Counted from the whole stretch's first letter, positions 39,419-53,339 are shown. The stretch: DNA of 62,467 bases, filler included, from Dugesia japonica (GCA_001938525.1; 5 parts of 5 records of this genome joined end to end with filler, not necessarily neighbours in it); one strand, 5' to 3'. Notes: generated from the sequence alone by a model not told the origin. Numbers and translations: made by a program.

Positions 39419-40449
39419 AAAGTTTTAACAAAAAATTTAATTTAAAAAATTAAATTATTTTTTATCCTAATTAATATATTTAAATAATTCAATTTGATAT
39501 ATTATTTTTAATATCCTAATAAAAATTGAAGTATATAATTAAATAAAATAACTTTTTCAATTACAATTAAATTTTATAAAATATAGCAAATAAATTGAAA
39601 ATTGTAAAATCTCGGTAAAATTAACTGTTCTCTTATTATTATTACAAATATCTTTGCCTAAAACTCGAAATTTATTTAATACTCGAAAATATATAATTAA
39701 CAGTAAGTTATGGAAAATGGTTATAATTATTTTCATTATAAAAATGTAAAATACTTTACCTTTCTGAAAAAATAACATTTCATAATGTTGAAGTATTAAG
39801 TTTTACTTTTTTATCAATTTGTATAAAGCTTTCAATAATTTCGAAAAAGTATTATTACCGTTTTAGTTAAATATTTGATAATGAACGCGAAGAAATCAGC
39901 TGAATGTAAAGCTAGAAACAGAGTAGAAAAGGCCTAATAAATATGCGAAATTTACTGAAGATTAATTGTAATCATCAATTCACTTCTGTTTTTTTATATT
40001 TACTTAAAAATTTGGCATCTATATACTTCTTTTTGCAATTAATAATTAATGTAGTAATTCCCAGAATTACATAATTCCAGTAATGTATTAAGATTAGTAA
40101 TACAGTTACAAACTAATCTCCAATACAACAATATCAAATTTATCATGAAAACAACACAACGAATCACGCCGTACATTGAGCTTCATAGGAATATACAATA
40201 TTTAAAAGTAAGTAGCTCCTTTCAATCGTTTGTAGTTTTAATCCTGGAATATTTTACTATCTTCTCATTCCGAGTTTGCTTCCTGTACCATAACTTCAGA
40301 GCTAAAAGTATTTTTCCTTAAAACTTAAAGTATTTACAAATGTCAAAGGATTTTTTTGGAGTTTCTTACAGAGTGCACGGACTCCTATTTCTGTAATGTT
40401 CAACAAACCAAAATATTAATTGGTCTCATTTACGCATGAAAAGTGTGAA

Positions 40450-41000
40450 TCAGTGAGCATTGTCTTGTCTTCATTAGCTTATTAATATGGACTATTATTG
40501 AGCTCTCTACTGGTGAGTATATTCTTTTATTTACTGACCATCGTTACTTGTTCCTCCGCGATCATAACGAACAATCGTGAATGCTACATGAGCTTTGTAG
40601 CCATTCATTAAGTTTGGTTGGTCTGAGAATTAATATTGTGTACATCTATCTAACATCTTGAAGTTCTCTTCCTTCGTGGTTTTTCATCGCACTGAATTCG
40701 TTCTATGAATTGATTGCAAGTTCATTTTTTGTTAGAATTCGATTTTTCAGAGTATAGGTATTCATAACCCTCTTTAATTTGTGTTTCAATCATGAGGTTT
40801 CTTTTAAGGCTTCGCCTCTTATTTTGGCAACGTGTTGATATCTATTTGTTTTAGCTGCTCCTGGACTACAGCACTTAGCTATTTTTATGATATTGCAACT
40901 ACTCTTTAATGTCAATTTTTGCTAACTCTTGTTTTAGTCTTTGTTTCAACAAATTTCATAGAAGTGTCTTTGTATAAGAAACAAATGAGCATATTTGTAC
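40450..41000 (-). mobile_element. Decayed LINE (R4/Dong-like) RT C-terminal remnant
   Basis: Residual PR.EGR.L.DV motif. Confidence 0.35.
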
Positions 41001-41199
41001 CCTTAGTATTTTTTATTTAATTTATTATTTAGATCTCTCTTTAAATATTGATTATTTAAAACANCTTAATAGGGTCAATTATAGTCAGTTAATATGAACA
41101 TTATAAATTTAAATTTATAATTCAGCAGCTTCTGACAAAACCCATAAATAGTTTTGAGCTCATATTTTTATTTCATGATATCACAATCTTTGTATTCGT

Positions 41200-41588
41200 A
41201 GTACAAATAAAGTTAAGTTGGTTTTTTTGGATCACAATAACACTCGCGTTTATACTGCTAACATCACAAAGGCAGCTATTCAAGATCTTGGTTGGGAAGT
41301 CATTACATATTCAGATTTCACTCTACTAAATCTTTATTTATTCCAATCTCTAACTAACTATAATCAGCCAGTCTCCTTTGTTAACAACATCACTCTACAA
41401 AACTAGTTTGATAGCATCCAAACCAAAACTTTTCTTCACAACTAAAATCAAAAATTGCCAGATTTTTGCAAAATTATTGTAAATAATAAAGTAGAATATT
41501 TTTTTGATTAGTACTTATACTTTTGTGGTTAAAAATCAATAAATTTTTAATAAAAAATACGTTACGTATTTATCCATTAACCTAATAT
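41200..41588 (+). mobile_element. Mariner 3' fragment with TIR
   Basis: FLDHNNTR...IQDLGWEV...YLFQSL; ends aacctaata. Confidence 0.75.
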
Positions 41589-42215
41589 TAAACTAAGTAT
41601 GTGCTGAAGGTCCATCTGGGCAACTCAGTTATTTTTTTGTACAGAGAAATACTAATCAGAAAATACTTTACAAAAAATTAGATTCAGAGTGCCTAATCTG
41701 AACTGTCAGTACAAGGCCATTATCTCTGAGTGAGTGCTCGTATTTTCTTCGTTCAGGAACTTTTACTTAGGATATTTGTTCTTATTCGTTGAACTCATTT
41801 GGTCAACCTATCCAATTATTCATCGTTTTTAATTTTCATCGTGATTACGATAATCTTTGTGGCCGTACTTGACTATTACGTTTTCTTCTTTTCTNGTTTT
41901 ATTTACTGTTTCTCTTTCTTATAATTATTTTATCTCCGCCTGCTTTAACAATCTTCTGTTCTACTACTGTAACTGCACTATTAATTATTAAATTTAAACA
42001 GAGCTTTTCATTATCAGTTCCTTCGTACTTAGTCTTTTATCCGAAATTATTTTGGTGTCAAATACTCTTGAATTTTTCTTTCTTTTACTAATGGCTTTAT
42101 TTTCGATTTCTGATCTACTTATCAATTTTTTCAGTGTTAAGAAAACACAATAAAATATTGTTTTAACCCAGCATATATTTTATTGATAATAAAATACTAA
42201 TACCGTGATTGTGAT

Positions 42216-43967
42216 TATGAGATATTATTTAAAATTGAAAATCGGAATTAAAATAAATGATATTAAATTAATGTTTAATATGTTAATTTTGATATTAAGA
42301 TTTTCAAAGTTGGTAAATATTTTGAATTAATAAATTGTTAATGAATTTGAATTTGGATTTTAATCAAGTTAACATGGTAACCACGCCAGTTGATCCATTG
42401 GCCGAAAGATTATTGCCAAAGATGTTGAGCTGGACGGACGATTTGGAAGTTTTTATCCAACAATGCCAACGGTATTTGGATATTATGGCAAAGCCAAAAA
42501 AGTTGCGTGAAGCGTTTGTATACGCAATGATCGAGGAAGATTTGATCGCCGACTACGAAAGAACCGTAGCACAAGGAGATGGATTTGAATCACGATTGCG
42601 GATCGCATTTGGGAAACCCAAGGACATAATAGCAGATTGAAAAGAGATGCTCGGATATGAGAGACTATCAGAGAGCATCCAGACATACTTTCAAGAAGTG
42701 AAACGGAAAGTTCAAAAATTATGAAAATTAAATAATCGAAGAACAAATAATCGCAAAAATGTTAATACATTGTAGTTGTATTGACGAAATGAACAAGAAA
42801 GTGTGAAATACTAGAAAATGTTAGATTATTCAGACAACCGATGAACTTGGAAGCAAAGATTGAGGAGACCACCATAAATCTATACAAGAACGGAATCATC
42901 AGAAATGCTAATCCTCATGGAATATGTCATTAATCGGTATCTGGAAAAATGACAACAAGGAGGTAAGACTATGTTTGGATTTCAGATAACTTAATGCGGT
43001 GACCAAGAGACCGGCATTTCCGATGCCAAACGTGGATGAAATATTAGACCAGCTTGGAGAAGTGAGATTCTTTTAGCATAATTGATCTGGGTAATTCATA
43101 TTACCAGGTAGAACTGGACAAAGAATCCCAGAATAAGACGACATTCTCGATAAAAAAAGGCCATTTCTGTTTCAATCGGATGCCGTTTGGGATATCGCAG
43201 CAACAGGTATTTTCCCAAAAGATCATGAACAAAAAGTAATTTTGAATAATTGACTGCTAAAGATTGGTTGCTCAAAGCTCATTCCCGTGAACTGTGAACG
43301 GTCCTTCGAGTCGAAGGTAATGAACGAATTATCCAAGAGATGGAACTTAGAATTATGTTTTTCGAGCCTATATCACCATAATACGAATGACCCAATTGAG
43401 ACACAGTACAGTATATGTTAAATTCGACATTAGAAGATATAAAGAGTACAGATTGCGCTGAATTACTTTCAGAAATAGAATTTGCATTAAAATCATTGTG
43501 GCAAAGGTCTATAAATACCAGTCCTGTGAAATTTATCTTTGGAAAAAATAGCAAGAGGAAACAGGAACCAACAGATAACAGTGAAGACGGCACCAAAGAC
43601 GACAACCAAAATAAACTTTCGAAGATGGAGAAAAAGTGTTAGTAAAGACAGAAAACAGGAACAAAGACCAGGAACGTTTTGAGGGCCTTTACCAGATAGT
43701 AAAAAAATTCTCGACCACAGATACTTATTGCGGAGAGATGACGGCAGACGAACAGAAAAAAATGTGGAAAAGTTAAAGAATTTTTTTCGAACGGGAATAT
43801 GAGATATTATTTAAAATTTTAAATCGGAATTAAAATAAATTATATTAAATTAATGTTTAATGTTTGTTTTAATATTTGGATTACCAGAGTTAGTAAATAT
43901 TTTGACTTAATAAATTGTTAATAAATGTGACTTTGGATTTTAATTAGTATTTGATTGGATTATCACA
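42216..43967 (+). mobile_element. 1.75-kb internally deleted Gypsy with ~160-170-bp LTRs
   Basis: LTRs at 42216-42374 and 43798-43967; PBS TGGTAACCACGCCAG; PPT cgaacgggaa; TSD gtgat/gttat. Contains gag, RT (IDLGNSYYQV, RMPFG) and integrase (GPYQIV) pieces. Confidence 0.9.
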
Positions 43968-44099
43968 GTTATTAGCAAATTTGACTCCATTATATTGAGA
44001 TCTACGGTTATTTTGTTCCAGCATACATCAATATATTGAAATATTTCGACATATGAGGCTCTTTTAATTGATTCAGACTTTGTGAAAATTCACTTCTCC

Positions 44100-46765
44100 C
44101 ACTTTAAAAAAGAATAAGGAAAAATAAATTAAATTAATAATTAAAGATATAAGAAATAAATGAAACGAATTATTTATGAAAAGAAATGCTTAAATTAAAT
44201 AAAAAATTTAGCGTGGAAACGAAAAATGACAATTTAATTAATAAATTAATTAGAAACAAAATTAACAATAAATTTTTTAAAATAAAATAAATCATACAAA
44301 TTAAAATGATTTCTCAAAACGAAATTAATTCTATGAAAAAAAGAAAAGAAAAGAACAAAAGCAGAAGCGAATAAGAAAATTATGGTACAAAAACTCTTCA
44401 TATATTTCGAAAATTTAAGCTAGAATATCACAGCTCAGTCAAGAAGAAAGTTACATGTGATTAAGGACAAACAATTTGATTTTATCAGTTTTGAAATTCC
44501 AAAAAACTAGCCAATAAGAAGAATTTGTGTGATACGTAATTAGAAACGCGGCCAATAGAAGTTGTTAAAAAATTAAATGACGCTAATGAGCCAATAAGAA
44601 GAATGGGGCGTTCCAGAAGAGCTCTGTAAATACCACTGCCATTTTCACGAAAAGTCAATCTTAGAAAAATTCAATTTTGAATTAAATTCAAAGTTAAAAG
44701 AGTAATTGATTGAAATTACAAAATGTTCAACGGTTACGGATTTCGAGTTGAACATAAGAAGTTAGAAAAAGAAAATGGGAAGGCGTCCATGGATAGATTT
44801 TTCGTAATGCCTCTCAAAATATGTTACAAAAAATAATAATGATTGTTAGGAGTTTAAAAATAATCCCCTATTTATAATTATCTCTTACATCCCCATTCTT
44901 CTTTTTGGTAAATTAGCATCGTTCAATTTTTCTACAGCTCTCACAGGCTAAGTTATTCACGCCTTATTAAGTGATTTCTTCACATTGGTCAATGTTTTGG
45001 AATTCCAAAGCTGATGGGATTCAATTGACTATCTTTAAAGCCACTGTAATTTCTTTCTAGATTAAGCTATGATTTTCTAGCTTGAAATTTAAAAATCTAC
45101 GACGTTGTTGGAGTAGAACACCTGATATAGGAAGATAATAATAGTGTTACAATTGCAATTATTTCGAGAATAATTGTTGAACGTAACCATTGATCGTTTT
45201 TTAGAATTCATTTAAAATAAAAACTTCAATCAAAATTTGTTTTTTTGGTTTTATGATACCAATTCGATATTTCGACTTTGTCTCATTAAACCAAAAAAAA
45301 CAAATTTTGATCGAAGCTTTTATTTTAAATGAATAATAATAGTGATAGGTAAAGTCGAAATTGAAGAGGATATTATGAGAAATGGAAATGAAGAATCCCG
45401 AAAATGTAAGTTCAAAGACCAGTTAAAGAAAGTCATAATTAGAGAAAAATCAAGATTAGGGAATCAAAACACGGAATGTTCAGTTCATTTGAGTTTTGAT
45501 TAGTAATGTTAATGAAATATTTTTTTACTGTATTCAATGAATATTAGTAATATAATTTTCTTTTACGAATTCTTTTTCTTTAATAAGTAAAGATTTTATA
45601 ATTGAATAATGTTGAATTAATGGCAATCTTGTTAATATTAATAATTAGTAATGATTAATTGAATTGTTAGTAACAAATTATTGTTGTAATATTTAATTAT
45701 TGTTTTTGATATCCGTAATGATTTATAATAATGATTTCTAATCGTAAAATCAAGACGTTACGACATTAATAAGAGGAAAATAATAGAATTACATCTCTTT
45801 TTAAAGTAATCAATACTAAATAACCTCTCAGTAGCGACTTTTAAATTTTCAAAGGCGATAATAATAATGATAGGCTGTGACAATGATAGCGCTAAGATAT
45901 AACGATTAAAATTCAGAAACGCTGCCACCATCGTCAGTGACTAATAAAGCAATAAGGGTTAAGTGTGCCTCATAAAGTAAAGCGAGTATTATGAAACGTG
46001 AATCCAAACCAAAGGAATGCGAAAATACTCTCAAACTACAGGTACGAGTCACTGGCTCCATTCTGAAAATCTAGAGAGGGGACACTAGATTGAATTCCTC
46101 GCCGGATTTTACTAGGCTAGACTATCTTAGACATAACTTAAAATTGAGCTACTTAGATGAAATTCCAACAACGTTTTCTTGACATATTTTTCTTATCCGC
46201 TGCTTTTTTCTTTATGGAAAGTCTTTGACTTTTTGTAAATTTAATTTCGTTTTATAATAAATCATTTTAATTTGCATTATTTATTTTATTTAATAAATTA
46301 ATTTTATTTTTTTATTTTCCTTTCAAATTTATTTATTAATTATAGTGCTAATTTTTGTTTCCAATCTGATATTTAACTTAATTTGAGCGTTTCTTTCCAT
46401 AAATTGTTCATTTAATTTATTTCTTCCCTTTTTAATTATTAATTTAATTCAATTTTCTTTGTTATTCTTAATAAATTATTTGCTCCAGTTATTATTTGAC
46501 GTTTTGTTTGATTTCTCAGTCTGCTGGTCTTTTTTTGTCATTTTCTTTCTTTTTTTAGTTTTCTTCTTTCAAAGTTGTTTCCTTTTTGTTTTACTAGTTA
46601 TTGCCTGTTTTATTCCTTGGTTTTCCTTGAATTACTTCTTTCTTTAACTAATCTTTGACCTCCTGTTTACTGGATTATTTATTTCTCTGTCTGATATCCT
46701 CTTCTTCGATTTCACCTCTACCTATCGCTATAATTATCTTTTATACTAGGTGTTCTACCCCAAAT
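44100..46765. repeat. Cluster of triple-CCAAT family fragments in both orientations
   Basis: gccaat at 44510, 44551 and 44590, followed by ggggcg. An inverted copy lies at 44885-45100. K-rich ORF ends lie at 45110-45480 (+) and 46480-46765 (-). Confidence 0.65.
45147..45332 (-). mobile_element. Hammerhead/tail element copy D
   Basis: The minus strand reads GAC(aaa)GTC-GAA-ATAT-C-GAATTGG. Inverted arms and tail are present. Perfect TSD ataataatagtg at 45135-45146/45333-45344. Confidence 0.9.
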
Positions 46766-47238
46766 TATTTATTTTTTAAATATGTACATTTATTTTTCAA
46801 ATTTATACGTTTATTTATGAAATCCCTGTAGATTCGAGAACCCATGTAAATATTTACACCATAAACAAATATAAAAATTTGCATTTAAATTACAAAAAAA
46901 CAGGAATTCAAACTCAGTATAGATAGTTATTGTTAATTTTTTGATTCACTAGGTAGATTTCGACATTTCTATGTTCATTAAACAACATTTTTATTTAAAT
47001 TATTTTAATTCACTAGAATATTTTATTTAAAATTATTTAGTAATTAATAATTAATGATAATTTTAAAGATGTAATTTGATTCAAAATCTGAAAATACCTT
47101 ACAGTATAATGGAAGCAATTAAACATTCTTCAAAAAAATGTTTATTGGTTATTAAACCTATTATAATTAAAATTCGTTTGAATAATACAAATTAATTAAA
47201 ATTATTTGAAGCCTAAAATTTTTTATTAATATTACAAT

Positions 47239-48678
47239 ATGGTCTTAATAATTGGATTAGAAGGTTCAGCTAATAAAATTGGCGTGGGAATTGTGCGTGA
47301 TGGTGAAGTTTTGTCGAATCCTAGAGAAACGTATATAACTCCACCTGGTGAGGGTTTCCAACCGTCAGAAACTGCTAAGCATCACCAAGCTCAAGTTGTT
47401 GGCCTTATTCAGCGTGCTTTAAAGGAAGCCAATGTGCAGCCATCTGATTTAGATGCTGTAGCTTTTACTAAGGGACCTGGAATGGGTGCACCGTTGGTAT
47501 CTGTAGCAGTAGCTGCACGAACTATTGCCCAACTGTGGAACAAACCATTAATTGGTGTGAATCACTGTGTCGGGCATATTGAAATGGGTAGAGAAATCAC
47601 TAAAGCCCAAAATCCAATTTGTCTCTACGTCAGTGGAGGTAATACACAAGTAATTGCGTATTCTGCAAACTGCTATCGAATATTTGGTGAAACAAATGAT
47701 ATTGCCATTGGAAATTGTTTAGACAGGTAATTTAAACGATTAATGCATTATATTTTCCTGGAAATTAAACTAATTTTATACAAACAGAAATTGTAAATAA
47801 CTAAAAAAAATTTAACTTGTTTTAAAACAAATTATAAATAGTAGTTTCTTGTATTTGAGAATTGAAAATGATTGATTATTGATGATTAAATTAAATTATT
47901 AAATCAATATTTATATATATACCGAATACAATCATTTACTAATGAATTCATAAATTTGTAAGCTTACGAAAAATTCTTTAATGTAAAATAAATCTCGAGT
48001 ATTACATTTTGGATTTTTTTAAATTGAAATTAATCATTTGATTTAATAAAGTTTGATTATGTTGGAATAATAATTGTTCAATTTTATTGACTAAGAAAAT
48101 ATTCTAAATTAAATTATTCTACTCAGTTTCATTGATAATCGGATCGGATTTGCAGGTTTGCACGAGTCATCAAGTTATCAAATGATCCGAGTCCTGGATA
48201 CAATATTGAAATGATGGCAAGGAATGGTAAAAATTTAGCTGAATTACCGTATATTGTCAAAGGAATGGATGTTTCTTTCTCTGGAATTCTGACGCATTTA
48301 GAAGAGAAAGTCGATGAATGGACAAAATCTGGAGAATTCACTCAAGCCGATCTTTGTTTCAGTTTACAAGAAACAATGTTTGCGATGCTTGTTGAAATCA
48401 CAGAACGTGCGATGGCCCATTGTGATTCGAATGAAGTTCTGATTGTTGGTGGAGTTGGTTGCAATTTACGATTGCAAGAAATGATGGCAGAAATGGCAAA
48501 GGAAAGAGGTGCAGTCTTATATGCTACAGATATGAGGTTTTGTATTGATAACGGAGCAATGATCGCAGTTGCCGGCTGGCAGATGTATAAAAGTGGCCAA
48601 TTTACATCTCTAGAAGACTCTTGGATTACTCAGTCATATCGTACGGACGAAGTTTTTGTTGGATGGAGAACAGATTGA
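47239..48678 (+). CDS. OSGEP: tRNA N6-adenosine threonylcarbamoyltransferase (Kae1/OSGEP); exons 47239-47726, 48156-48678
   Basis: [55 protein letters not shown] phase-2 GT-AG intron restores CLDR|FAR. Confidence 0.98.
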
Positions 48679-48799
48679 TTGATTTTTTCATTAATATAAA
48701 TTAATTATGATTTCAATTATTAATTGTTCAATTGTCAAATTTTCTATCTGGATTATTTCTACATTCATTGTTCGATATGTGCTGCTAACAAGTAACAAT

Positions 48800-49680
48800 A
48801 ACTTGTGAGTGTCATACTAATTTTACGAGAGAATCACTTTCCTGGTGTTGTTAAAATGATCTATAGAATTCATCGCATTGATTGTGCATGAGAGAATTTC
48901 CGATATGTGGATTGCTGAACAGAGTGTTTCTATCTAATACAAGTTTCTTGAGGTACGCTTCGATGATGACAAGGTTGCTTAGTCATAGTTGCTAGGCATC
49001 CTATTCAAAGAGTTGAATATCTTCCGTCGTGTTTGATTCAACTGGTCTTTTCCTTTTCCCATTTCTTTGCTGAGTATTTGCAAATTGCAGTATCAAATGA
49101 GCAGTCTATTTCTAGAAGATGGTGTCCAATTTTCCCTGAGCCCAGGAGTGCCCTCTTTTTGCATCGTTCTCCTTCCTAATTTGCACTCTGGATGGAGTAG
49201 AGCTGTGGAATATCGCATCATGGTTTTTAAGATCTTAAAAGTATAAGTTTCTTTTGGATCCATTATTTTTTGTACAGATATCGCACTGGATAATAAAATC
49301 TTCCATGACATACGATTTTTCCTTCCTTTTCCGCATGGTGTGTGTGTNNNNNNNNNNNNNNNNNNNNGCATTTTAATTGTTTTCCGATGCTTAGTCGATA
49401 TGCAATAAGATAGTTCCGAGTGTCTTCACATTGTAAGATGTCGATTTCCTTGCTTTTTAGTGAGTAAGTTTTTCATTGCTGGCTCGAATTAACGCGTTTT
49501 TGTTAGATTCGTCTGTATCGCATTTGTAAGTGGATCAACTACTTTTTGAGCCGATGATTGCCTACTGATCTTTTTTGCATTTGGAATACAAGTTGTTACT
49601 GATAATACTCGTTATATGGTTTCTGTTAAGGAAAGACCCCATTTCATCACATGTCATGTTTTGCACACTGTTTACAAATA
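48800..49680 (-). mobile_element. Highly decayed LINE-like remnant
   Basis: LHP....R..M.KEG.PGL resembles the thumb-region motif of restriction-like-endonuclease LINEs. Confidence 0.3.
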
Positions 49681-50149
49681 ATTGTGTTGCATGGACTCAA
49701 GATTTTGAACAGTGAAACTTCAAACACAGCGCTTCAAATACATTTGAACTTCAAGCGTGCCACGAGCAAGTTGTTAACCAAAAACCACTNATTTAATGCT
49801 AGTAACACTACTAGAAGCANAGAATGACATTATATGCTACTTTAAACATTATTCTATTAATTATTCAGGTCCAAAGTTGACAGAAAATGATTTGTAGAAA
49901 AGGGAGAAATATGTTTAGGTTTTGTAGATATTTTCTTAGGCTACAGAGTTCATTGGTGCAGAAATTTCTGTATTACCACTGTTGTAGACTATAGCGAAGA
50001 GTTTGAATGTTAATGAAAATGATGCTGATTATATAGCACACTTGTAAGTGACCGCTTTTAGTGACTTTCAAAGTAGTGTTGAGATCATTAAGTCACTCGA
50101 CATCTTGAAGGTATCAATGGCATTCTATCCAAGGTTTTAAAATCTGAAG

Positions 50150-50340
50150 AGTATAAATAAAGGGTCTAGAGAGGATGTGTCGAAGTTTCTTGATGTGCAA
50201 ATGAACAATATTGTAACATGCAGACTGATGCATACGAACACCATATGCCTCTTGAAGCTGATTAATAATTTCATTCTTGAAAATTAATTCCCTTGATAAG
50301 TACAAATCAGATCACACTGCAATATTCAACATTACCGAAA
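50150..50340 (-). mobile_element. Internally deleted mariner remnant
   Basis: VEYCSVI*F...KG...EIINQLQEAYG. Confidence 0.45.
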
Positions 50341-51585
50341 ACTTTTAAATTTAAATTATTCTAATCTAGTGCAAACAAAAATTAGCATATTAAAACAAAT
50401 CGTACATTTAATACCTATATATGTTAGTTATTTTACGTGCTAAATTTTATTTAAATATCTTTAATATTTCTGAGTCTAAGGACTTTTTAGCCGAATAACG
50501 TACAGGCCACATCTGTGCCATGTAAAAAACTATTCCGCACATTCGGTTATATTGTTAATAAACTGCGATCATCCTTATCTTCTGGCAGTGTGTAGAAATT
50601 GGTCTGGTTAAACGACTGATTAAAACTCGAAAGCATGTTAAATTACTCAGTGAACTGAACAATAACAGTTATTCTAGGTTTTTAAATAAAATAATTATAT
50701 GACTAAATTTAGTTGTTTTTTTCTATTAATTAGTCGTTAATTACTATGAGATTAATAGTCAAAGAAATTATTAATCGCTAACAGCCCTTATTTTAAAACA
50801 ATATCAATTATAATATATATTAATAAAATTATAAATTCGTTTCTATACTTTTTGATTGGTACTAATGAAAACAGAGATTATTATGATAGAAATAAGTAAT
50901 GAACCATTTTCAATGAAGTAAAAAAAATAATTCTAGATAAAGTGTTAGCAAGTGGCTCAGACAAAGCAATGGATATCGGACTGACTTTAAATTATAAAAG
51001 TGTTAACACTATTAGTAATCATAACCCTAAAGAGAAAAATATGAAATTCAATCAAAAAGTATGTGATAAGTTTTTTAGATTAAATTTAAACCAAAACCGA
51101 CCAAAATTAACTTGATTCTACCATTCCGAAGAAATACTAAAAGCGACCATCTTGAGCAAATTCTTCAGATTACGTATAAAACTTTAAATTTTGGAGCCAC
51201 TTTATCCGATTAGGTTAAGGTTTTTTCCAAACTAGAAATCCAGAATTCAAAACTACTGTATGTAATTGCGTCAGATGGAGGAGGAAAGTGGCTCTGAGTG
51301 CACCAAATGTAGAAAATCTTGATAATTCTCAAAGAAGTAGAATTCTCTGTAGTTACACGGCCCAAACAAGGAAGGCAGTGTAATTAAAAGCGCAGTGTCA
51401 TAAAATTGGCATCGTTAACCTACAATTGATTATAGATTATATCATTTCATTGAATTAGAAAAAATTTGTTCTCGTTTGCTCGATATATTTAGCCCATACT
51501 ATTTTTAAACCCAACTGAGATTATATCCTCAATATAGAAAAGTTTTGTTATAATAAATGAAACCAAGACGATATAGAATTGGTGC

Positions 51586-51878
51586 CAGTGACGTAACTAA
51601 AATTTCCGGCGCCCCGGAAAATTGATAAACCTTAACCTCTTCTCACTCTTAACAATTTTTATCTCAATTTTTACAATCATTTTTTCATAATCAAATTTAA
51701 TTAAAAAATGAAAAAATCTGAAAGAAATTATCAATAATTCGTCAAAATTGAAAACTCTGATGAAATGAAAGTTTACAATTATTGCGAGAATAATTGATGG
51801 ATTTCACTATTTATAGCATTTTTAATAAATAACAAATTTGGTGCTCCAAGAAATTGCCACTATCTAGCTACGCAACTG
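51586..51878. mobile_element. hAT-type MITE
   Basis: TIRs cagtgacgtaacta / tagctacgcaactg; degenerate 8-bp TSD attggtgc/attaatgt. Confidence 0.7.
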
Positions 51879-52259
51879 ATTAATGTTGCTTATATACTCC
51901 TGTTTTAATGAAATAGTTCAAGAACATTTTGTTGGTTGTTAGAGAAAAATATTTTATTATATTCTAAAATTCAAGAGAAACGAGTTTACTATGGAATAAA
52001 TGATTTGTTAAAATCTNTTGCTAACAGTCCAAACCTAGATTGAAAAATCCAATAATATTTAATTCAATGAAATGTTATTAACTCTGAACTACCAATTCTA
52101 TCATTTTAAAAAATTTCAGAATCTTCTTTTTAAATGAATGATTCAATGAAATATGATCTAAACCAATAGGTTAAATAACTGACATTATCAAAAATCTGGT
52201 AACTTNNNNNNNNNNNNNNNNNNNNNNNNNNNNNNNNNNNNNNNNNNNNNNNNNNTTAC

Positions 52260-52740
52260 TCTTAGGCATATTTTTTACCACCGTAAATCTTAATTTTTCT
52301 GTTAATTTCTTAACTTGACATTAATGTGAATTTCCCCTGTTTCCAATTTACTATCATTTCCACATCTTAATAATTCATAAATTTTAATTATTTCTACATT
52401 TTCTAATTTATCTAGGGTTGTTTTTATTGTTATACGTTAACGCGCGCATCTGTATCTAATAAAAAATACTTGAATACTTATCGTTATTCTTGATTTGCTT
52501 AGCATTTTATTATAGGTTATTCGTCATCGTTTCCATTCATCTATTGTAAAAATCTTCTGATCATTATTATCATTTCTACCTTTTGTACATTCATTTTCAT
52601 ATTCATTTACATCAAAATTTTTCTTAATGAATTTATAAATCTTTTCTGTCACCTTCCAATCATTATATTCATAATCGTCTAATATTCTATCTAGTTTATC
52701 ATTCTACTTTGTTCATCATCGTTGTCATCATTATTGTTCA
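52260..52740 (-). mobile_element. Retrotransposon aspartic protease remnant
   Basis: FLLDTDARVNV (LLDTGA-like). Confidence 0.5.
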
Positions 52741-53339
52741 CAAAAAATTTATATTAAGAATTAAAAATATTATTACTATATATATTGTGCTTATTTATTT
52801 TACAAAATTTATTATATGACTTTTTAATATTATTATTACTTAAATTGAAATACTCAATTTTATTTACGTTATTATAGCCAGTAATTTTATTACCTAATGA
52901 ATTGCTTTAACCAATTGCTGGTAAATTTTTATTACAGAACGTCAATTTTTCATATCGGGGTATTTTCTCTGTTATTGGAACCTCACTGAGGAGATGGATT
53001 CAGTGAGTTGCTGATCGTTTTTTAATCCTTATTGTCTGAAGGAACATTGTGTATATACTCTATTTGCTCACAACTGTAAGATAACATAAAATGTTCTTCT
53101 ACAATACACCAATTTTTAGAAATGTAGAATTTCTTATCTGAATTAATTGTCAATCTCAATCATTTCCACATATTAAATATTTGTCTTTTAATGGACCATT
53201 CATTTTTCCATATCTTGTATCTCAACAGTAGAAATATGTTTCCGGTGCTCAAACTTCTTCTCTAGGAAGGGTTTTTCCATTTGGCGTTATAATAAAGCTT
53301 ATTGACTATACACTTCATCGATTACAATCAAATATAGCA

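Noticed and set aside
39418-47239. WASHC4/OSGEP head-to-head pair as a bidirectional promoter
   Set aside because: The starts are 7.8 kb apart and separated by transposon debris, and the CCAAT blocks between them belong to a dispersed repeat.
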